This document shows positions 7,701-15,873 of a stretch of 20,000 bases of DNA, piece after piece. The notes beneath the pieces were generated by a model that worked only from the letters and a program-made list of their open reading frames with translations, searched no databases and was not told where the DNA came from. The DNA lies in IMG/VR virus record IMGVR_UViG_3300034102_000864, positions 56,592 to 76,591 of that record; one strand, 5' to 3'. Origin of the DNA: an uncultured virus (IMG/VR IMGVR_UViG_3300034102_000864) (lineage: Duplodnaviria; Heunggongvirae; Uroviricota; Caudoviricetes). Both the position numbers and the translations under genes were made by a program. The stretch's first letter is position 1; each line of letters opens with the position of its first letter.

Positions 7701-10586
7701 ACTTCAAGTGCATACACTCAAAATATTGTAGATCTTTATCCACAATTAGATAGAGACAATATCAATGATAACCCTCCAGCTTCTAAATCTTATGCACTTA
7801 GAGCACCTCTGGGTAAAGTTATAACAAATGATTTAAAGCGTAGTCTTACAAGAGAAACCACAGATAAATTTGCTAGGACATTTGGGTTTGGTTTAGGAAT
7901 TACCACTGTATCAACTGCATCAACTTCTGCAACATTAAGTTTTGATAGAAATCACGGATATGGTGGTATAATTTCTGTTGGCATCTCATCTGGTGGAGTT
8001 GGATATTCAACTGGTACTTATTATAATGTTAAAATTTTACCAGATGGAACCATAACAAGTAATTGGCAAGGTGCTACTGCAACTGTTGTAGTTAATAGTA
8101 GTAGAAACGTATCTTCTGTTCAAATTACAAACCCTGGATCTGGATATGCATCAGGAACCTATCAATTAGATGAAAGTGTAATTGGAAACAACGGTGCTTC
8201 GACAAATGTATCATTGACTGTAACTTCTGGCGGCATTTCAACTTCAATTGGTCAAGTTGTGCAAGTCACTGGTATTGGTACAACATCTGATGGTTATTAC
8301 AGAATTAGTGGAGTTCCTGCTCCAAATCAAATTTCAATCGCAAAAACTGCAGGAGATCCAACAGCAATAGTTGGACAATATGCATTCCTTGTTGGTCCAT
8401 CGATCTCAATTTCCTCAATAGAATCAAATGCCACTCTTGGGATTACTACTTTCAATTGCTCTTCAGCACACGGATTAGTTGCTGGCAATAAATTTAGAGT
8501 CATTGACAGCAACAATAATAATCTTGGTGATTATTTGGTCAATTCAAGAGTTGGAGTTAACACATTTAATGTGGCATCTGCAGGTATCACCACAGCTGCA
8601 TTTGTATTGAAGCACGGATTGGCATCAAATGATGGATCTTCTGATCAGGCATCAGAAAACTTAAGTACAAGAACTAGTTTCATCTTTGATAAGGAAATTG
8701 CTTATGTTGTTGGATTTACTGATGATACAAAAATTAGAATCTCAGTTCCATCGTCTGGAGTAGGAACTGCAAATAGATTCTACTATGGATCTTACATTCA
8801 AATTGATGATGAGATTATGAGAGTTGCAAGTAACACTCTCGGTGGAACATTCAATGATGAGATTACAGTTCTTCGTGGTGTTCTTGCTACAAGAAAAGTA
8901 TCTCACGATGTTGGATCAATTATTAGAAGAATTTCTCCAGTTCCTTTAGAAATTCGTAGACCAACGACAATGAGAGCGTCTGGTCATACATTTGAATATC
9001 TTGGTTATGGTCCTGGAAACTATTCAACAGGTCTTCCTCAAGTACAAATTAGATCTCTGACGGAAAGAGAAGAGTTTCTTTCCCAATCTCAAGAAAAGAG
9101 TGGTGGTATTGTTGTTTACACTGGTATGAACAACAGAGGAGATTCTTTCCAAGGAAACTCCAAATCAACTGCAGCTAGTGGTCAAATTGTCACGTTTGAC
9201 ATTCCAACACCAACGATTACTGGTGAAAATACATCTAGATTGAGTGTTGTATTTGATGAAGTTACCGTTAAAGAAAGAATCGTTGTAGAAGGTGGTAGTT
9301 CAAATACTGTTCTTTCTCAGTTTGATGGACCATTAAATGTTAATGGTGAATCTAACTTTACTGCACCAGTTATAGTTAGACATCTCTTTACTGTTAGAGA
9401 TGAAACTGACTCTACTAGTGTTACTAATGGTGCTTTAATGGTTACCGGTGGTGCTGGTATTGCAAAGAATGTAACGATTGGTGGAACTTGTAGAGTTGTC
9501 AATACAATAGACTCCACATCTTCCACAACAGGATCTTTAATTATTTCTGGTGGAGTTGGTGTTGCAAAAACCATTACAGTTGGTGGATCATTAAATATTA
9601 ATGCTGGAATAGGGACTACTAGACTAAATTCATTAAGTGTTAGAGGAAGTAACAACTCATCTCCAATCGCAGCAAAGTCTGGTTCGCACGATACAGTTTG
9701 GTCTGTTTTACCTCATAGTGATGGAATTACTTACCTTTCTTCAGGAACATATTATGACAATGGATCTTGGATTCACGCTTCACCTAATACAAATAGTTGT
9801 CTTCTTGGAATAACTGGTCTAACTGGAGCAAGATGGTATGCATCGGGAAATTCGTCTGCTACTTGGAACTTAGCAAGTGATGTTCAACTTTGGGATAATA
9901 CTGGTGTTTGGAAAAATACTATTAACATTGGATCAAATACTGCTACCATAGGAACTTTAAATGTTACCAATACAACTACTTTTAGTAGTACTGTAAACTT
10001 TACTTCTAATGCATCTTTTGCTGATAATGATGTATTAAATTTTGGTGATGGTAATGACTTACAAATTTTCCATAATGGAAGCAATAGTTACATTGATGAT
10101 GCCGGAACTGGTATTCTATACATAAGATCTAATCAAACTGAAATACAAAAATATACTGGAGAAACAATAGCTCAATTTGTATCAGATGGAGCAGTAAATC
10201 TCTACTATGATAACTCCAAGAAATTTGAAACTACAAATACAGGAGTAAGTATTAGTGGAGAAATAACTGCCAGTGGTGATATCACAGCATTCTTCACTTC
10301 TGACCAAAGATTGAAAGATAATATTGTTGCGATTGAAGATCCACTTGCAAAAGTACTTTCAATTAGTGGTAACACTTATACTTGGAATGAAAAGTCTGGT
10401 AAAGAAGGAAATGATGTTGGTGTAATTGCTCAAGAAGTTCTTGAAGTTCTTCCAGAAGCAGTTACAACAAGAGATAATGGATATCTTGCGGTTCGATATG
10501 AAAAACTTGTCCCACTTCTTGTAGAAGCAATCAAAGAACTCTCACATAAAGTTGAAGTTCTCGAACAAAAACTACAAGATAAATAA
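4746..10586 (+). CDS. Large tail fibre/virion structural protein with C-terminal Peptidase_S74 chaperone
   Basis: 1946 aa. N-terminal pectin-lyase-like start (ILYVSP..GNSLARPFKTVQRAL..ILLLPGEH), repeated H-x-L-x-x-G beta modules, tandem STSxTxGxLxxxGGxGxAK repeats, then SDQRLKDNI..GVIAQEV..YEKLVPLLVEAIKEL from ~10299. Confidence 0.9.
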   Translation: MPLNKLDNFIKNTEGRILYVSPSDLDSTDSIDNQGNSLARPFKTVQRALLEAARFSYVKGDDNDITEKTTILLLPGEHIIDNRPGFRLYNDAGTAKVVSPDSSIGVTNPTATAALSLSLSSNFDLTQLDNILYKFNSIYGGVIVPRGVSIVGLDLRKTKIRPKYVPNPTDSSASKTAIFRLTGACYLWQFSFFDARESELAYTNPTDFTDTAKPTFSHHKVTCFEYCDGVNKYANTGLTDLDMYYAKLSHAYGTSAGTREIDQKYPTDAGGFAKQRPEWEIVGAFDSDVIPVSAISISSSGSNLVTVTTSVPHEFNEGTPIKVRNVIPVDYNISTKVQTVLSDTKFTYLIPNARRDLDLNGNASSATVVIETDTVSGASPYIFNISMRSVWGMNGMHADGAKASGFRSMVVAQFTGVSLQKDDRAFVKYFQDSRKYIGIDVTKVTGSELSGRSSSTDPGTAFHLDPAAIYRNGWESSHIKASNDSFIQVVSVFAIGFTKHFDGESGADYSITNSNSNFGQISLNGDGFKAEAFDKDNNLFLTNIVTPKSIVGTPKTVDWISLDVGVTTTVGVSTRLYLFGFKSQDDIPPVLTQGYRIGGAVNDKLYVTINNVEYSADIVMSDGVTSSVKDYTVSTVNNNRFTLSSAHTLENTEKVTLQSLSGDLPENITEHTVYYAITSSINATRTDGITLSSTQIQLATSQADASLGIPVTIYGGKDLKLLSRVHDKQAGDIGHSVQFDSTNKQWFITVKSTNNTIYSQLAALGVGGYQARTDPSYIKRIPDTRSLDEKLYKLRVVIPKELLGAKAPEPGFIIQESSTTGARNDSDFLLPTTRNLNYFDYNYSKNPRLIASCSRSTAVNGVYTVTVVSETPHDLQVGNSIKIYNVKDSTLNPFGEYGYGYNGKFSVKSVVNDMAFTYDIVSGVSTNATFPTTRGTSWPRFEKNDVKNNFVVYRSVVISEYAEGQRDGVYHLFVINADNRVEEEFTSSAYTQNIVDLYPQLDRDNINDNPPASKSYALRAPLGKVITNDLKRSLTRETTDKFARTFGFGLGITTVSTASTSATLSFDRNHGYGGIISVGISSGGVGYSTGTYYNVKILPDGTITSNWQGATATVVVNSSRNVSSVQITNPGSGYASGTYQLDESVIGNNGASTNVSLTVTSGGISTSIGQVVQVTGIGTTSDGYYRISGVPAPNQISIAKTAGDPTAIVGQYAFLVGPSISISSIESNATLGITTFNCSSAHGLVAGNKFRVIDSNNNNLGDYLVNSRVGVNTFNVASAGITTAAFVLKHGLASNDGSSDQASENLSTRTSFIFDKEIAYVVGFTDDTKIRISVPSSGVGTANRFYYGSYIQIDDEIMRVASNTLGGTFNDEITVLRGVLATRKVSHDVGSIIRRISPVPLEIRRPTTMRASGHTFEYLGYGPGNYSTGLPQVQIRSLTEREEFLSQSQEKSGGIVVYTGMNNRGDSFQGNSKSTAASGQIVTFDIPTPTITGENTSRLSVVFDEVTVKERIVVEGGSSNTVLSQFDGPLNVNGESNFTAPVIVRHLFTVRDETDSTSVTNGALMVTGGAGIAKNVTIGGTCRVVNTIDSTSSTTGSLIISGGVGVAKTITVGGSLNINAGIGTTRLNSLSVRGSNNSSPIAAKSGSHDTVWSVLPHSDGITYLSSGTYYDNGSWIHASPNTNSCLLGITGLTGARWYASGNSSATWNLASDVQLWDNTGVWKNTINIGSNTATIGTLNVTNTTTFSSTVNFTSNASFADNDVLNFGDGNDLQIFHNGSNSYIDDAGTGILYIRSNQTEIQKYTGETIAQFVSDGAVNLYYDNSKKFETTNTGVSISGEITASGDITAFFTSDQRLKDNIVAIEDPLAKVLSISGNTYTWNEKSGKEGNDVGVIAQEVLEVLPEAVTTRDNGYLAVRYEKLVPLLVEAIKELSHKVEVLEQKLQDK
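10579..10585 (+). promoter_or_regulatory. Putative late promoter
   Basis: ATAAATA 17 nt upstream of the ATG at 10603. Confidence 0.6.
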
Positions 10587-10602
10587 TTAAAAAGCATATA
10601 AA

Positions 10603-13332
10603 ATGGCAAATTATAGGAAGTCATTTAACTTTAGAAGTGGAGTTCAGGTTGATAATGATCGATTTATTGTAGATGGAAGAGGAAATGTTGGAGTAGGAAC
10701 GTCTGCTCCAAATAGAATTCTTGATGTATATGGTACTGCGAGATTTGATGGAACAACAGAATTAAATAGGATTCAAACCTCTGGAGTTTCCACATTTACG
10801 TCATTAGTAAACATTGGATCTAGTGTATTCTTAAATCCATCTACTGGGATTATATCGGCCTACTCTTATCGAGGTGATGGTAGACTTCTTGATGGTGTGA
10901 TTGCTATCGCTACTGATGGTTGGAAAGTAAAGGCAGGAACTCTTTCTACAACTTTTAGTGTTTATGTCGGTCTTGGGTCTGATATTGCTCAGACAAGATT
11001 CCAAGTTGGATTAGGAACGTCAACGTTTGTTGTTACTGATAGTGGCACTATTGGAATTGGAACAATATCACCAGCATCAAAATTTCACGTGGTTGGTGAT
11101 GCATTAATTTCTAATAGGTTAGTATCTTCAAATATTACTGTTGGTACTGGATTAAGTGTTTCTGGAATTTCTACACTTGGAGTCACCACATTCACAGGTG
11201 CCGTAAGTTTTGGTTCTTCCATTTACTTTGGTGATAATGATGTATTAAATATTGGTGATAGTAATGATTTACAAATTTATCATAGTGGATCTACTAGTTT
11301 TATTTTAGATAATGGAACTGGAAATCTTGCTTTAGGATCAAATGGAGATAGGGTTTCTATAGTAAAAGGAGATGGAACAGAAACTCTTGCAAGATTTAAT
11401 ATAGACGATTCTGTTGAACTTTGGTTTAATAACGTAAAAGAATTTGAAACCACTGGATATGGTGCAACTGTTTATGGAGTTTTACAATCCGAAGGACTTC
11501 AATCTTCTGGAATTACTACATTAGCAGTTAATAGTTCTTCGGATGCATTAAGAATTACTCAACTTGGTTCTGGAAATGCCTTAGTTGTTGAAGATGAAAC
11601 AAATCCCGATTCAACACCTTTTGTAGTTACTGGTATTGGAAGTGTTGGTATAGGAAAAGCAAGTCCCGTAGCAAAACTTGATGTTGTAGGAGATGCAAGA
11701 ATTTCTAATTCTGTTCTTGCATCTACTTTTATTGGTGATTTAACAGGAACAGCAACAAATGCAACAAACCTTTCAGATGGTGCAAATATTACTACGGGCA
11801 CAATTAATGATGCGAGATTGCCAGATATAATTACATCAAACCTATCAGCATCCACAGGAATTTCTACAGTTACTAAACTTAGATCTGAAAGTATTGGAAT
11901 TGGAACCGATACTTTTACTTCAGATTTAGCAATCATAAAGGATGCCTCAGTTTCTCTTGAATTAATTTCTAGAACGGGAAATACAACAATAGGTCTTGGT
12001 TCAGAAACTATAGGTAATAATAACACAGCAAGAATTAAATATACACCACTCAGTCAAGTTTTAGATTTTGAAAATTATGGATCTGGAGAAGTTAATTTCC
12101 ACGTTCATAAGGGAACTGGTGCAGTAGTTGGTACTCAAACTGGAGGATTTTATTTTAAAACTGGTTCTGTCAGTAGGACCTTGATGAATTTGGCTTATGA
12201 TGGAAGAGTCTCAATAAATGAAGAAGTTCCTTTATTGACTGATTTAGGTTACCGATTGATGGTCAATGGCAACACCAAAATTAGAGGAAGATTAGATTTA
12301 GATCAAGGAATAACTGCTGGTATTGTAACTGTTTCCAGTTTAAACAGTGTGAGTCCATCTACATTCCCAACAACTCAAAACTTTAACACTCAATCTGGAA
12401 TATCAACATTTAATCAGTTTAGAGTTACAAATCTATTAAATGTAACTGGTGTAAGTTCTTTTGCGGGAATTACAACGTTCCTTAGTGGAGTTTCAATTGG
12501 TAGTTCCACTGTAGGTACAAATAGCCCATTAAACATTTATTCGACAGCAACATTAACAAATTCTACTCTTGGACTGTCTACATCAAAAATTTATTATGAT
12601 TATGTGGGAGGAATAACGACAGGATTCTCAGATCCAAGAAATCAAACAAAATTAAGTGGACTTATTGCGGATCCAAATAAGAAAATTTCTGCGTTTGGTT
12701 ATGGTGATTATCAAGTAAGAACCGGTGGATTGAGTATTATTTGTCAAGATTATATTAATATACATCCATCCATTGCCATTACTACTGCAGGTAATTGGGA
12801 AGGATTGACTGTAGCAGAAAATAGTGATATGGGTCTAAGATATTCAAATGGTAGTAATTTACCAATGATTGGTATTAATACTATATTTGCAAGATCAATT
12901 GTTGATGTTGGTTATGCAGTAACTTCAATGAATAGTTACTTTATACCACCAAGATTAACGACCACAGAACTTTATTTTGTAAGTCAATTGTGGAATCCTG
13001 CAGTTGCTGGTCCTTCAGCAGGTAACTGGTTTAATCATTTGAGAGCAAATTCTTCTACTCCAAATGGTGTTGTAAGTGGTGCAATTGTTTTTGATACAAC
13101 TGCATCACAACTTAAGGTTGGTATTGGAAGCACGACTTTTGTTGGTATTGCAACATTTACAAATAATCATAGTGGATTTAGTGCATTTATTCCACCTAGG
13201 ATGAGTACCACTGAAAGAAATACAATGACAAATGCTGGTATTTCTAGTGGAGCAATCATTTATAATTCCACAACAGATAGATTGGAAGTCAGGTTAAAAG
13301 GTTCCTGGTTTGGTATTACAACTGCAGTCTAA
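10603..13332 (+). CDS. Tail fibre-like structural protein
   Basis: 909 aa, G/S/T-rich. GNVGVGTSAP..LDVYG, GIGTISPASKFHVVG and GSVGIGKASPVAKLDVVG repeats, many SGISTF motifs and a duplicated C-terminal FIPPR module. Confidence 0.85.
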   Translation: MANYRKSFNFRSGVQVDNDRFIVDGRGNVGVGTSAPNRILDVYGTARFDGTTELNRIQTSGVSTFTSLVNIGSSVFLNPSTGIISAYSYRGDGRLLDGVIAIATDGWKVKAGTLSTTFSVYVGLGSDIAQTRFQVGLGTSTFVVTDSGTIGIGTISPASKFHVVGDALISNRLVSSNITVGTGLSVSGISTLGVTTFTGAVSFGSSIYFGDNDVLNIGDSNDLQIYHSGSTSFILDNGTGNLALGSNGDRVSIVKGDGTETLARFNIDDSVELWFNNVKEFETTGYGATVYGVLQSEGLQSSGITTLAVNSSSDALRITQLGSGNALVVEDETNPDSTPFVVTGIGSVGIGKASPVAKLDVVGDARISNSVLASTFIGDLTGTATNATNLSDGANITTGTINDARLPDIITSNLSASTGISTVTKLRSESIGIGTDTFTSDLAIIKDASVSLELISRTGNTTIGLGSETIGNNNTARIKYTPLSQVLDFENYGSGEVNFHVHKGTGAVVGTQTGGFYFKTGSVSRTLMNLAYDGRVSINEEVPLLTDLGYRLMVNGNTKIRGRLDLDQGITAGIVTVSSLNSVSPSTFPTTQNFNTQSGISTFNQFRVTNLLNVTGVSSFAGITTFLSGVSIGSSTVGTNSPLNIYSTATLTNSTLGLSTSKIYYDYVGGITTGFSDPRNQTKLSGLIADPNKKISAFGYGDYQVRTGGLSIICQDYINIHPSIAITTAGNWEGLTVAENSDMGLRYSNGSNLPMIGINTIFARSIVDVGYAVTSMNSYFIPPRLTTTELYFVSQLWNPAVAGPSAGNWFNHLRANSSTPNGVVSGAIVFDTTASQLKVGIGSTTFVGIATFTNNHSGFSAFIPPRMSTTERNTMTNAGISSGAIIYNSTTDRLEVRLKGSWFGITTAV

Positions 13333-13335
13333 TAC

Positions 13336-13364
13336 TTGACATAATCCTCAAATACCACTAGACT
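13336..13364 (+). promoter_or_regulatory. sigma70 promoter
   Basis: TTGACA 13336-13341, 17 bp, TAGACT 13359-13364. Confidence 0.75.
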
Positions 13365-13396
13365 ACCTTTGTCTGGGTTGGAGATGAGGCTCTAGG

Positions 13397-13451
13397 CCAC
13401 TTTAAGAACCGTCACAGGACCCCTCACAGGGTCCTGTTTTTGCTGTATAAT
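13397..13451 (+). promoter_or_regulatory. Conserved box, hairpin and -10 element (early-type promoter, copy 2)
   Basis: CCACTT-TAAG-AACCGTCACA 13397-13416; TATAAT 13446-13451. Confidence 0.75.
13414..13441 (+). terminator. Rho-independent terminator-like hairpin
   Basis: ACAGGACCC-CTCACA-GGGTCCTGT followed by TTTT. Confidence 0.65.
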
Positions 13452-13464
13452 ATTCCTATATTCA

Positions 13465-14700
13465 ATGAGACCTGTGATTCAACTCCGTCCACACCAAGAA
13501 CGTGCTCTGGATGCTCTTGTCAAGTATCAGAAAGGTCAAGTCATCATTCCGACTGGTGGTGGTAAGACCAACGTTGCTATCTTTGATGCTTTGCGTGAGT
13601 TTCAATCTGATGCTCCTAAGACCATTGTAGTGGTTGCTCCTCGCATTCTACTTGCTGAGCAACTTTCTAGTGAGTTTCTTGAGTTTATCACCACTGCTGC
13701 TGTTCTTCACGTTCACAGTGGTGAGACGCATCACCAGAGCACCACTAAACCTGCTGAGATTCATAACTGGTCTCTTCGTGCTTATAAGCATCAACTGATT
13801 TTCACTACCTACAACTCCCTGCAACGTCTGCAACAGGCAGATCTTAAGGTTGATACGATTTACTTTGATGAGGCACACAACAGTGTTCAACGTCACTTTT
13901 TCCCTGCTACGGAGCACTTCTCTTCTACTGCTGACCGCTGCTATTTCTTCACTGCTACTCCTAAGCATTCTGCTACTATTTCCAAACCTGGGATGAATGA
14001 TGGTGCAGTGTATGGTCAGGTGATCTGCAATGTGCCAGCACCTGAACTTGTTGAGGGTGGTTTCATTGTGCCCCCTAAGGTTGTGGTGCAGCAGTTTGAG
14101 ATGCTGGGTAAGGGTCAAATCGTTGCTGATGTTGACTGTGAGAATCTGATTCAGACCATCGATGCTCAAGATGTGGGTAAGGTTCTGATTTGCTCCAAGG
14201 CAACTAAGCAGATTCAGAATCTGGTTTCTCAGACTGATTTTTGCACTCAACTGGAGGATCGTGGTTATTCTTGGATGTATATTACTGCCAAGACTGGTGC
14301 CGTGATTGATGGTCGTAAGGTCAACCGTGAGGTATTCTTTGACACTCTCTCTGCTTGGGGCAAGGATGACTCTAAGAAGTTCGTTGTTCTTCACCACAGC
14401 ATCCTGAGCGAAGGCATTAACGTTTCTGGACTGGAGGCAGTGCTGTTTATGCGGTCTATGGACTACATTGGGATCTCCCAGACCATCGGACGGGTGATCC
14501 GTCTCCACAAGGACGACGCAGAGGGTCTCAGCAGTGGCAGGATTGCCCCTGGTGCCCTTGCAGACTACACCAAGTCGTTTGGACTGGTCTGCATCCCTGT
14601 CTACTCTTCTGTGGGCATCAGCACCGCAAAGAAGGTGCAAGCAGTGGTCGATACGGTGTTCAATCAAGGTCTCCCTGCCATCAGCGTTGTCAAACGTTGA
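13465..14700 (+). CDS. Superfamily 2 DEAD/DEAH-box helicase (ResIII-like)
   Basis: Q motif LRPHQ, Walker A PTGGGKT, VVAPRILL, TTYNSL, DEAH, TAT, LSEGINV, QTIGRVIR. The start could instead be GTG at 13474. Confidence 0.93.
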   Translation: MRPVIQLRPHQERALDALVKYQKGQVIIPTGGGKTNVAIFDALREFQSDAPKTIVVVAPRILLAEQLSSEFLEFITTAAVLHVHSGETHHQSTTKPAEIHNWSLRAYKHQLIFTTYNSLQRLQQADLKVDTIYFDEAHNSVQRHFFPATEHFSSTADRCYFFTATPKHSATISKPGMNDGAVYGQVICNVPAPELVEGGFIVPPKVVVQQFEMLGKGQIVADVDCENLIQTIDAQDVGKVLICSKATKQIQNLVSQTDFCTQLEDRGYSWMYITAKTGAVIDGRKVNREVFFDTLSAWGKDDSKKFVVLHHSILSEGINVSGLEAVLFMRSMDYIGISQTIGRVIRLHKDDAEGLSSGRIAPGALADYTKSFGLVCIPVYSSVGISTAKKVQAVVDTVFNQGLPAISVVKR

Positions 14701-14715
14701 TTTTTCTGCTAAACT
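14687..14715 (+). promoter_or_regulatory. sigma70 promoter with extended -10
   Basis: TTGTCA 14687-14692, 17 bp, TGc-TAAACT with the -10 at 14710-14715. Confidence 0.55.
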
Positions 14716-14740
14716 ACTTACACACAAGGAGGAATCCCCA

Positions 14741-14878
14741 ATGCGTTGCAAAGTCGAACTCTATGTTGCTGGTAAAGTGTTCTATGAGCACGTTGAAGCA
14801 CGGGACTATCAGGATGCCAAACGTACTGCAATTGCACGTAATCCAACAGCAAAAGTGGTCAGTGTGACTGCCGTATGA
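14741..14878 (+). CDS. Small hypothetical protein (45 aa, MRCKVELYVAGK...)
   Basis: SD AGGAGG at 14727-14732. ATGA overlap with the next gene. The track start at 14534 overlaps the helicase. Confidence 0.85.
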   Translation: MRCKVELYVAGKVFYEHVEARDYQDAKRTAIARNPTAKVVSVTAV

Positions 14879-15096
14879 ACATTCAAAACGAAACTCTCCT
14901 GAACTCTGTACCAGGAGACCCAAATGGATATGTGACTAAAGATGGAATGTGGGCAGCAGTTCCTTGGGGAAAAAAATTCATTATCATTCATAATGGACAT
15001 CAAGTTCATACTGCAAACAACTACAAATCCGCAAAAACCTACATTCAAAAGTCCGCAAAAGGTGCATCGGTTTCTAGTTTAGATAAGTTTCTTTAA
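14875..15096 (+). CDS. Hypothetical protein
   Basis: 73-aa ORF joined to the previous gene by an ATGA overlap. Confidence 0.8.
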   Translation: MNIQNETLLNSVPGDPNGYVTKDGMWAAVPWGKKFIIIHNGHQVHTANNYKSAKTYIQKSAKGASVSSLDKFL

Positions 15097-15128
15097 ACTC
15101 GTTAAATAGTATAACTGTCCTACACATT

Positions 15129-15299
15129 ATGGAAGAATCTTCTGAACTCAAATGGAATCGTGGTCTTGACTTGTTTATTGAAAGTGTTCATAAACCAGAC
15201 CACGAACTCCGTCAATGTGCTCACAATCAAAAGTGTTACAACGAACTAATGGCAGTTCGTGACCACGTTTTAGAATATCTAAAAACAATCAGACGATGA
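15129..15299 (+). CDS. Hypothetical protein (56 aa, not in the ORF track)
   Basis: MEESSELKWNRGLDLFIESVHKPDHELRQCAHNQKCYNELMAVRDHVLEYLKTIRR. TAAATA at 15103-15108 upstream; ATGA overlap downstream. Confidence 0.8.
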   Translation: MEESSELKWNRGLDLFIESVHKPDHELRQCAHNQKCYNELMAVRDHVLEYLKTIRR

Positions 15300-15526
15300 C
15301 TTATTACGGTTGGTTTGTTGTATTTGCAGTAGTGGCATACTTCATTGTAACAGATGATAGTGTCGCTGCTGCTTTTTATTATCTTATAAGGTTAGCAAAA
15401 TCTAACTTTGAGAAACAAAAGTGGTGGTTACTGAACAATCCACGTAATCCTGTGGTAAAATATCTAATGTGGCGTCGTTCTATGAAACTCGCAAAGGAGT
15501 TAATGGACGAATACGAAAATAAATAA
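15296..15526 (+). CDS. Small predicted membrane protein
   Basis: Hydrophobic N-terminus YYGWFVVFAVVAYFIV and an ATGA overlap with the previous gene. Confidence 0.75.
   Translation: MTYYGWFVVFAVVAYFIVTDDSVAAAFYYLIRLAKSNFEKQKWWLLNNPRNPVVKYLMWRRSMKLAKELMDEYENK
15519..15525 (+). promoter_or_regulatory. Putative late promoter
   Basis: ATAAATA 21 nt upstream of the ATG at 15547. Confidence 0.55.
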
Positions 15527-15546
15527 CACTACATCTGGTAATACGT

Positions 15547-15873
15547 ATGCTCTCTACACAATATCGCCTGCGTCTTGAAGTAATCTGCGATAAGATTGCA
15601 ACTGGCGATGAGGTGAGTTTAGAAGATATGATCTGGGCAGAAAAACTTGCAAAAGCAAATCGATCTGCTGGAACAATGCTACGTCAGGCAAGAAGGAAAG
15701 CAGAAAATCCTGATATGCAAGACGGAGATATGGATGATTTTTTGAATCAACTTGACATTGGTGGTACTGGAAACGAACGTTTTGGTATTAAAGGATTTAA
15801 TAGTGTTGATGATATTGTAGATTTCTTTGGTGAAGGTAGGGATAAACCAGATGATTGGAGACAACGTGACTGA
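15547..15873 (+). CDS. Cyanophage-type hypothetical protein (MLSTQYRLRLE...DDWRQRD)
   Basis: 108-aa ORF resembling a family recalled from T4-like cyanophages; function unknown. Confidence 0.8.
   Translation: MLSTQYRLRLEVICDKIATGDEVSLEDMIWAEKLAKANRSAGTMLRQARRKAENPDMQDGDMDDFLNQLDIGGTGNERFGIKGFNSVDDIVDFFGEGRDKPDDWRQRD

Noticed and set aside
10015..11470. Diversity-generating retroelement TR/VR pair
   Set aside because: There is no reverse transcriptase in the window, both copies are coding, and the differences are not confined to adenines.
13465..14700. Type III restriction-modification system
   Set aside because: No nuclease domain is visible and there is no adjacent methyltransferase; it appears to be a stand-alone helicase.
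14534..14740. Long form of ORF 14534-14878
   Set aside because: It overlaps the helicase, and a strong SD supports the ATG at 14741.
13648..14751. 367-aa antisense ORF over the helicase
   Set aside because: It is in exact codon register with the helicase, so it is open only because the helicase avoids TTA, CTA and TCA. It has no recognisable motifs.
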